Shown here: positions 12,801 to 21,266 of the stretch, piece after piece | Numbering within the stretch: the first letter of the stretch is position 1 | How the letters are laid out: every line of letters begins with the position of its first letter | DNA from: Macrostomum hystrix | Taxonomy: Eukaryota; Animalia; Platyhelminthes | Assembly (NCBI GenBank): GCA_950097015.1 | Contig: CATNEN010000032.1 | Coordinates: 2,795,546-2,859,545 of the forward strand | Length of the DNA stretch: 64,000 nt | Reading direction: 5' to 3' | The notes under the pieces: generated by a model | Told to the model about the DNA's origin: nothing | Database searches by the model: none | Seen by the model: the letters and a program-made list of their open reading frames with translations, nothing else | Translations under genes and position numbers: made by a program

Positions 12801-15800
12801 TGCCACTGGGATGAAACGGTGATGTCCTCGACTTCTCTGTGCCCAGCGGTGCGCAAGTCTCCTTGAACAGCTCGGCCTCGAACTGCCGACCCTGGTCCGA
12901 GTGCACGACTTCCGGAACACCGTGTCGCAGTACCACGGCAGTCACCAGGGCCTCAGCCACCGTCTTGGCGTCGATCTGGCTAAGGGCTGCCGTTTCAACC
13001 CATTTTGAGAAGGTGTCAACAAAGCACAGAATGTAGCGCTTACCAGACGCGGTGGCCGGCAAGGGTCCCTTAATGTCAAGCTGCACGATTGACCACGGTC
13101 GGGCAGGCAACGGCTGCCGCACGAGCTCGGCACGGGCTCTCTTCGGCGCTCCCTTCCGGCGCTGGCAGACCGTACAGCTGCGCACCCAGTCTCGTACGTC
13201 TTCGCGCATTTCCGGCCACCAGGCGCGAGCTTGCAGCGCTCGCAGAACTCGACGTTGTCCGAGATGCCCGGCGCTAGGCAGGTCATGCGCCTGTTGCAGC
13301 AGCTCCGCACGCATGTGCTGAGGAATCACTGGCAGCCCGTTGTGAAGCAGCGCGCCGGCCGGTGACATCGACAGGCCAGGCATCAGTCTGTGAACCGCCG
13401 AACTCACAGCAGCAGGGACCTGGAAGTCGGGCTGTAGCATCGCCTGACGGGCCGCGTGTAGAATCTGGTCCAGGTCTTGCTCTTCCGGCAGGTTGGCGGT
13501 CTTAAATTGCACCGCGGCTGCTCGGCTGAGAGCGTCCGGCACGATGTTCTCCTTGCTAGGCCGGTAAAGGATCTCCAGCGGAAACTCCTGGATGAGCTGC
13601 AGCCAGCGCGCCAACCGTCCCGCAGGCTCCTTGGTGTTCAGCAGTCCGATGATCGGCTTGTGGTCGGTGAACACCTGGATACGGCTGCTATTACTCAGGT
13701 ACATTCGAAACTGCTTGAGACTCCATACCACGGCCAGGAGCTCTCGGTCCGTGGTGCTGTAGTTGCGCTCGGCCTTGCTCAGCGTTCTGGAGGCATAGGC
13801 CACCGGCAGATCCTCGCCGTCTCGCTCCTGGCTGAGCACCGCACCCAAAGCGACGGCACTGCTGTCACAGCTGATGGTAACGGGTCGATTGAAGTCTGGC
13901 AGCTGGAGCACGGGAGCCTGGGTAAGAGCGTCCTTCAGCTTGGCTAGTGCTGCCGCATGCTCGTCTGTCCATGCGAAACCCCCAGCGCTTTTCTGTGCCA
14001 GATGGTGCAGCGGCTTGGCGATGTCGGAGAAGTTGGGCACAAACCGGCGGTAGAAGCTCAGCATGCCGAGGATGCGCCGGACGTCCTGGTCCGACCGCGG
14101 GTCTGGCATCTGTCTGATCGCCTCGACCTTCTTTGCCGACTGTGCGATGCCGCTCTCGGAAACCTCGTGGCCCAGGTAGGTGACCTTCCGATAGGCGAAG
14201 AAGCTCTTGCCAGGGTTCAGCTTCAGTTCGGCGGACCGCAGACGCTGAAGAACATTGGACAACGACTGGAGATGACTCCCGAAGTCCTTGTTGAAGATGA
14301 TGAGATCGTCGATATAGGCGATGACCTCCTCCCAGCTGAGCCCTGTCATAATGAGTTCCATCATGCGCTGATAGGTTGCTGGCGCATTGCACATGCCAAA
14401 TCCCATTTTCCTGAACTGCATCAAGCCGCTCGGAGTGTAGAAAGCAGTTAACGGCCGGTCCTCCTCCCTGACTTCCACCTGGAGGAAGCCTTGTCGCATG
14501 TCGATGGTAGAAAACCAGGTGCAGCCAGCCAGAGAGTCGAGTGCCTGGTGCAAGTGCGGCAGCGGGTGAGCATCCTTGACAGTGAGGCTGTTTAGCGCTC
14601 GCCAGTCTACGCAGACTCGGATGTCATTGTTCTTCTTCCTGACGATCATGAGATTGCTGGCCCATGGGCTTGAAGACGGCTCGATGACGCCATGTTTTTG
14701 CATTTGAGCAAGCTTCTCGTCCACTTGCTTCCTGAAGGCGTGCGGCACACGACGGGGTCGCTGACGAATCGGATGTGCGCAGTCTTCCAGCTCGATCTTG
14801 TGTTGTGCAGCGCCACTCGTCCCTACGTCGAATTAGTGTGCCGAGACCACATCGGCGAACTGTGTCAGCAGAGCCTTTAGTCGGTCGCCGTCGACTGCTG
14901 GCAGATCCGGGTTGATGTTGAATTGGTCCGCAGGGCCTCGCCAGTCGTGCAAGTCCTCGTCCTCCTCGACGATATCGGCGCTCTCGAAGGTTCCGATGTT
15001 CTGGTTGGAGTACAGCGTGACTGGAGTGCATCCCAGATTGCACACCCGCACTGGGATTCTTCCATCGTTCGAAGACACTGCGAACACTCGGCAGGGCAGC
15101 ACTCCAGTTTTGTCAACGAACTCCTGGGAAGGTTCGAAAATGCCCTGGGCCTGCTTTGTTTCGATTGCCACCTTGACAACCTTCGTCGCTCTCGGCGGCA
15201 CGACTACAGCGTCTTGAACTCGGGCGATGAGCACCGTGGGAACCATGCAGTAGGACGACGACGCTCCTCGTTCAGACTCGGTGCTGCTGAACGGGACGGA
15301 AGCCTTGTCAAAGGTAACCGTCTGGGCCTTCTGGTCGATGCTAAATTGCGATGAAGCCATCCTGCTGATGAAGTCCATTCCAAGGATGAAGTCAGGCCGA
15401 ATTCCTTTCACCACCAGCACTTCGAGATGGCTGGTCAGCTGCTTGCCCAGTCGCACCGACAGGCTTATACTGCCCAGCAGCTCGAGGGTGGTGCCATCCA
15501 CCGATACCGGTTTAACCTCTGCTGGTTTCAGGTCGTTGCTGACCCCAAGCGATCTCACGGCGATGTCGCTGATAAGAGATGTCTGCGCTCCGGTGTCCAG
15601 CAGCCACCGGCACGGCATGCCATTCGCTAGGCCAGGAATAAAAATAGCATGCAGAACGGGATTGCTCCTGTGGGTTGGTGTGGGTCCCGCACCCGTCGCA
15701 CCAACCCTTAGAAGTTTCCCTGGGCCTTGGATGGGCAGACGGAGGCTTTGTGCCCCTTCCCTGAGCATTTGTGACAGATGATTGGGTCCAGCTTCTTCTC

Positions 15801-18524
15801 GCGCTGGCGACAATGAGCTGCCAGGTGCCCGGGCTGACCGCAGCTGAAGCAGGCGCCTGCTCGTTGCTGCCGGCGTCGCCGAGGATCGCTGCCTGGCTGC
15901 ACGCTGACCCTGGCGATGAGCTCCTCCATGCACCGCTCCAGCCGATCGAGGCGGTCAGATGTCGCATGAATTTCCGTAGTAGTGGCGCCAACAGCCTTGA
16001 CTGCTGTAACTGATGGTCGCCCTACCAGACCTTCCAGTCGGGCTGCTCGCTGCAGCATAGACTCCAGGCTGCAAGTCTCCGCGTCCTCTGCCTTTAAAAG
16101 GCTGTCGCGGATGTCAGGATTGAGCAGGTGCAGAAGCTTGAAACGCACGTCCCGATCTCGCTGCTGTGTTGAATCGTTCGGCCTGGCCTTCTGATGAAGC
16201 AGCCTCAGGTTAAAGCACAGCTCGCGTAGCGTCTCGTTCTCTCCGCGCTTCCTTGCGTGGAATGTGTTCATGGCCTTGAAGCTGTCAGACTCGCCACCAT
16301 AAAATTTTGTAAGCGCGGTTTCAATTTCCTTGTAGCTCTTCTGCTTCGTCGGCTCGAGATCCCAGACGATCAGTTGCGCCTCTCCAGTGAGCAACAGTTT
16401 GACTTTTGACGCCGATGTTTCGTCGTCCCACTTTGCATCCTGGCTGAATTCCTCAAACATACGCAGCCATCTTCGCACGTCAGTGTCGTCTGTGCCACTA
16501 AACTTTGGCGGCATAAGTGCATTTGAGTAGGCCATTAGAGCTCTGGGTTCTAGCTCGCTGCCACCAATGTAAGAGCAGGCGAAATTTAGATTGTCAGAAA
16601 GTACGCACGAGTTTATTTGGCATAACGATTCAATATATACGAGCAGGGCAGTGATGAGCACGATGAATAATAAAATAGGCTAAAGCCAGCCCCACCCCCA
16701 AGCGGGTGAAAGGCCGACGCCATGTACATTTAGACCAATCAGACAAGACGAGCCAACGCACAACACACCACGTAGGAACCCCACACATGATTCGAATATC
16801 CATGACTGTTGAAGCTCCTGTTATGACAGTGCAGAGCATGATTCGAATATCCATGACTGTTGAAGCTCCTGTTATGACGGTGCAAAGCATGATTCGAATA
16901 TCCACGACTGTTGAAGCTCCTGTTATGACGGTGCAGAGCATGATTCGAATATGTCTGACTTACGCGAGCACACTTTCTCACTGTTTTGTTCGTGAGTATG
17001 CTCTTAGGAGTGATATTTCAGTTTACAGCAGCGTTGTAGTACTCGTTCCACAAAAAACCTATTCACAGAGAACGGTAAATCTTTAAATCGAAAAGGTGTC
17101 TCCCACTCGGCCTAATGAGCCTAATTGCCAAATCACTGGCCGAAGTGCAGAACATGGAGCAGACCTTCATCAGCTTAGGCACCTTCATCGGCACGGTGGT
17201 GGCGGCGCTGGCGGTAAACCAGTTCATTGTACACCTGGTCATGTTTCTGGCATTCGTCCGCCGCAACCCATTCCCATTCTACTGGAAGATGATGAAGGCC
17301 TACCTGGTGGCCTTTAGTGCCAACAGCAGGTGCGTAGATGCTGCTTTGAACACTAATAGAAATTTCCATTTTTACAACGCTAAGTAAGGTCACACCTTTG
17401 GAAGGTCAGTACCGTCCAGAGATTTATACCGTCCTCCCCACTTTAATCTCTCCTAGTCAAGTTTGTAGCCAATCACCGCTCACCCTTCACTTTCTTTTTC
17501 TCCCCTCAAGACACCCACCTCACGCTAAGCCAATCAAGCTGCTCTATTCACTGACTATAACCCTTCTTATCCTGCTGCCCAACCACACGCCTCTCACTTT
17601 ACAGCCAATCGTGACTCGTCTATTAATAACTTCTTCTTGACATCTACAACTGGCTTCATATCTTGTGCATTTCACTCCAAGCGCACAGTCAGTCTGACCT
17701 GCTGAATGCCACGTCATCTCATCCTCGATTCACACCTTCGCAACCCCCAGCGTGTCAGCCCTCCCGGTGATGCTGGAGTGCGCTGACAATGCCGGCCTGC
17801 GGCCTCGCATCTCTCGCTTCATCCTGCCATTGTGCTGCAACACCAACTCGGACGGGTCCTGCGCCTACATCGCGGCCTCCGTCACCTTTCTGGCCCAGCT
17901 GAGCGGCACGCCACTCAGCTTCGGAAACTACATATTGATTGCGTAAGCACCTGTTGATAGCAATCAATATGAATCCTAACCTCGCTGACAAAGACCTCTG
18001 AAATCTTGTTAGATTCCTAGCAGGGGTTTCTGGACTCTCTCTGCCATCGGTTCCCAGCTCCAGCATCATCGTTATCATCGGAATTCTGTCGAATCTGGGC
18101 ATCCCGGATGCTGGAGTATCGCTGCTGTACACTGGCGAGTTCATTCTGTGAGTCTGCCTGCTTGATTAAGCTTTTTAATGACAAAAAACTCTATGCATTC
18201 TACTTAATTCCAATCCGTGACGCCTTCAGCGACCGTCTGCGCACCGGCTGCAACACCTGGAGCCACTGCACCTGCGCCGCCGCAATGGACGCCAGGATAC
18301 CCCAGTCCGAAGCTGAGAAGGCAGGGGCTACGGTCTTTGTTGAAGAGGGCGGCGATGTCGGCAGCGGCCAGGAGACAACTGAGCCTGCAGCCGGCTCGGC
18401 GACTGCAGTCGATGAAAGCAGCATCGCCGACTCGCAGGCGAACAGCGAGAGAGCCTTGCTGAGTGGTGGCCTGGGTGGTGACTTCGGCAAGGATGATTCA
18501 ACCCTGACTTCTGTGCAGGTCTAA
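9856..18524 (+). CDS. Divergent SLC1/EAAT (dicarboxylate/amino acid:cation symporter family) transporter, 9 exons, with a +1 frameshift in exon 1
   Basis: Model join(9856..9998,10154..10351,10614..10713,10806..10848,10925..11142,17096..17329,17751..17942,18013..18147,18230..18524), GT-AG and phase-consistent once one extra G at ~9928 is removed. SLC1 landmarks: FPGELVLRAFKLLILPLVIS, DLFRNLIPDN, GMNILG, RFILP..N.DG, LDRLRT..N. Confidence 0.88.
11155..11690. repeat. 51-bp minisatellite, left block (~10.5 copies), in SLC1 intron 5
   Basis: Unit ctcctgttatgac(g/a)gtgcagagcatgattcgaatatccatgactgttgaag; starts 13 bp after the splice donor at 11143; one 50-bp variant unit near 11360. Confidence 0.97.
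11691..11908 (-). repeat. Gypsy 3' LTR
   Basis: Direct repeat of 16568..16785; adjacent polypurine tract at ~11909-11922 on the minus strand. Confidence 0.95.
12040..15720 (-). pseudogene. pol: Gypsy pol (protease, RT, RNase H, integrase) with one in-frame TAA at 14833-14835
   Basis: Protease LLDTGAQTS; RT YIDDL; RNase H CDSS..G/DRELLAV/TDHKP; integrase HHCC (H..GH..CTVC), DIKGP/SDQGRQF/NGNVERFN and GPY motif. ORFs 14833..15933 and 12040..14748 share one frame separated only by the TAA. Confidence 0.92.
15657..15720 (-). promoter_or_regulatory. Putative -1 programmed ribosomal frameshift signal (G GGA AAC plus downstream stem/pseudoknot)
   Basis: Heptamer at 15714-15720 in the gag frame two codons before the gag stop; pol lies in the -1 frame; 6-nt spacer, then a perfect 9-bp stem GGGTTGGTG/CACCAACCC. 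Confidence 0.8.
15708..16535 (-). CDS. gag: Gypsy gag with two CCHC zinc knuckles
   Basis: ATG at 16535 just after the PBS; PPKFSG..DVRRWLRMFE capsid-like start; CFSCGQPGHLAAHC and CHKCSGKGHKASVC. Confidence 0.92.
   Translation of the reverse strand: MAYSNALMPPKFSGTDDTDVRRWLRMFEEFSQDAKWDDETSASKVKLLLTGEAQLIVWDLEPTKQKSYKEIETALTKFYGGESDSFKAMNTFHARKRGENETLRELCFNLRLLHQKARPNDSTQQRDRDVRFKLLHLLNPDIRDSLLKAEDAETCSLESMLQRAARLEGLVGRPSVTAVKAVGATTTEIHATSDRLDRLERCMEELIARVSVQPGSDPRRRRQQRAGACFSCGQPGHLAAHCRQREKKLDPIICHKCSGKGHKASVCPSKAQGNF
16555..16566 (-). other. Primer-binding site complementary to tRNA-Leu (AAG/UAG type) 3' end
   Basis: TGGTGGCAGCG immediately inside the 5' LTR is complementary to the known ...CGCUGCCACCA 3' end of these tRNAs. 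Confidence 0.75.
16568..16785 (-). repeat. Gypsy 5' LTR
   Basis: Minus strand TGTGGGGTTCC...CTCTTACA; ~99% identical to 11691..11908. Confidence 0.95.
16786..16952. repeat. 51-bp minisatellite, right block (~3.3 copies)
   Basis: Same unit as 11155..11690, resuming in register at the duplicated CATG. Confidence 0.96.
17397..17542 (+). repeat. 146-bp interspersed repeat, copy 1 (SLC1 intron 6)
   Basis: Reverse complement of 19166..19311 with three mismatches seen. Confidence 0.9.
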
Positions 18525-19165
18525 CTGATCTACTTTATATCTGCTAACTTTTTCACTCCAAAAATTATCACGAGTATATCCCTGAGTTAATAAATACGTA
18601 AATTTAATTATCCTGCATGTTTTTGTTACCTCAGTGTAACATTGCTTCTTCATTGAAAATCTACGATTACTCAAGTTCGTAAAATGAAATGAAAATCTAC
18701 CGTTTTAATTAATAGAAACCTGAAGCGTACACGGCGTATATACAAGGACTACTCAAGTAACTAGATAAATACTTGCTAGTAGCTAACCAGCTAACCAGCT
18801 AAACTTATACAGTCAAGCTGCAGCCAGTGAGGGGCCATCATTTCTATTCCGTTGACCTCTGAGCACGCAATTGTACGGGTATGTGTATCTGCTATCTGCT
18901 TTGAATTTTTCATCATCATGCAGTGAACACTACAAGGACCACTAGTAGTTAGCCTACTTTAGTAGGCGTTGGTACTTTTTCACTGTGCTCTGAGGGGTTG
19001 GCTCTCATGGGCGTGAATCGCGTGACAAGCGCCAAGTTTTCTCTCCGCGTCTCAAATTAATGTCACCTCACCGTGGATAAGAGCTCACGCATGAACTTAC
19101 GCCTAGATAATCAACAGTAGAAAGAACACGGGGCTATTTCAAATACCCACTGCCTACTGCCTACT

Positions 19166-19311
19166 GCAGCTTGATTGGCTTAGCGTGAGGTGGGTGTCTT
19201 GAGGGGAGAAAAAGAAAGTGAAGGGTGAGCGGTGATTGGCTACAAACTTGACTAGGAGAGATTAATGTGGGGAGGACTGCATAAATCTCTGGACGGTACT
19301 GACCTTCCAAA
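19166..19311 (-). repeat. 146-bp interspersed repeat, copy 2 (inverted)
   Basis: Reverse complement of 17397..17542. Confidence 0.9.
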
Positions 19312-19839
19312 TCACGATAGCTCCCAAAATGACCCATTTTCGTCAAAGTGCACCATATGGATAAAACTAGATTGTCATCAAGGACTACTAGACAATGAGT
19401 TTAGTATTACTTGAAAGTTTTCAGTAGGTATTAAACGAATTTACACGAGTTGAAGAAAGAAAACTAGACTAAGGGGGACTTTTAACATTTAACCGCCTCT
19501 ACACGTATGGCATGCTGGGCGTTAAGAACCGGTGCGAGCTTTGGGACTGGAGCTTAAAGTACAAAGTCGGGTATTTAGCGTTCAGTCTGGGCTATTTTAT
19601 CTGGCTGTGCCTGGCGATTAATTTGAGTGACAGCTGCCACTTGCCGATTGCTGAAATAGAGAAGGAAAACTGTCCCGTAGGTCCAGGATACGATTATGAA
19701 AACTTCCTGCGGAAATCATTTTCCAAAATAATAATCAGCACTGTTTTGCAATGGAATTGTCTGCTGTTCCGTTCTGTATCTGCTATTAGATAACGACCTG
19801 TGTAAAGAACTGTACAATGAATTTTATAAATCTGCAAGT

Positions 19840-19902
19840 AGTAGTACGAGCTAGTAGTAATAGTAGTAGTAGTACTAGTAGTAGTAGTAGTAGTAGTAAT
19901 AG
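19840..19902. repeat. (AGT)n microsatellite
   Basis: Imperfect agtagtagt run. Confidence 0.9.
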
Positions 19903-21266
19903 TTGTTCTATGGAAATGCGCTCATGTTTGTGTACCCGCAACATTTTCAACGATCCCTGTTCAATTTGTTACGACCAAGCCGCATTCTACGAAGCATACT
20001 CGCGAGTGGTATGTAAATGCCTGCCATATGATTGTTGTGTTGTCATGCGGATCAATACAAGCAACAAGCATTTGTGAATTGCCCAGTATCAAGTGAAAAG
20101 CTTTTTGCAGTTTACTGAGTGCTAGAATGCGTTTGACAATTATCCGTTTCCGAATCCGAACATTTAGCAGCGATAATTTATAAATAGTAAAGAACAGCGA
20201 GTATCGAATGCGAGTTGATAAACTTCCGTTTAATTGCGCACTGCGAGATGCACAGAGGGTCACAAAATCAGCAGATATTTTCAGCGGCGAGGACCAAAAT
20301 TAATTGCCAAAGGCCCTCCACATGTTCAGACTTGAGACTGTGCAATTAAGGATCTTTAGGAGCGCATTACAACCGCTTAAATACCGTCATAGGGCAACTT
20401 TAAAACCGCTTTGGGACCGTTTTGGGACCAAATAGCTCGTAGCACAAAATAAGTTATGAAATTATAGCGTTCTAAATTAGCACAGTAAATAATAGCTATG
20501 AATTTGGCATAATCGGGAGTCAATGACTTCATTCTTTCCCAATCAGCGATCAGAAATCGGACCTTTACCAACGAAACTTTGCTCAAATGCGGCACCTCAA
20601 GATCATCTCTGCCTTCTGAAACATTATTTTGCAACAGTTGTCGAATGTCAAGCTTTTTCATCCGAAATACACCTTTACCCAATAAAACGAAGACGAAAAC
20701 TTTTTTGTTAGTTTTGCGTTCAGACAATCGTAAGCTGATGCCCTGTATGTTTCTTGCTTTCATGGTTTGTTCGAGTGCCATAACTGCAATTCCTTTTCTG
20801 AATACAAAGGGGGTCAGCGGGGTTTATTTTGAAGTAAAAAATCTAAATGCAAATACCTGCCTTCGATCACTTGATTTGTATAATTTACTTTTGGGAATGA
20901 ATGTCGAATTGAAGAGCCATGGTTTCTGCTCGATGAAACCAAATCGAAGAACAAAGTGCAAAATGATCACATAGGATATAGGACATCAGAGGATGACTTA
21001 GAGGATACAGGCTCGTGCGAGATCCGCAAATAGCAAATATTTGCGCAATCTCGCAATGCTTGAAAAGTTCTATTTTGGCGCCATGTGCGGAAGCCAGGAT
21101 GCATGGCGGCTTTGGAGATGAAACAAGCTTTTCAATTCAACTGGGAGCGGAGCCATTCGTCATCCTCGTCCCGTCCACTGAACTTTGCTCCCCGACTTGC
21201 ACTGTGAAGCGAAGATTTATTACTTTCGTTGCCAGGTCACCCGTGGAACCCATTTCTGTGCGCTCC

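Larger units (their letters stand above)
11691..16785 (-). mobile_element. Full-length Ty3/Gypsy LTR retrotransposon (5095 bp)
   Basis: 218-bp LTRs at 11691..11908 and 16568..16785 with TG...CA ends and two mismatches seen; 4-bp TSD CATG (11687-11690, 16786-16789); PBS TGGTGGCAGCG after the 5' LTR; PPT GGGGGAGAGTAA before the 3' LTR; gag then PR-RT-RH-IN. Confidence 0.97.

Noticed and set aside
12143-16194. Numerous antisense and alternate-frame ORFs over the Gypsy element, and similarly over the NTPDases, MyTH4-FERM and MTFR ORFs
   Set aside because: Expected shadows of GC-rich coding sequence; no domain signatures.
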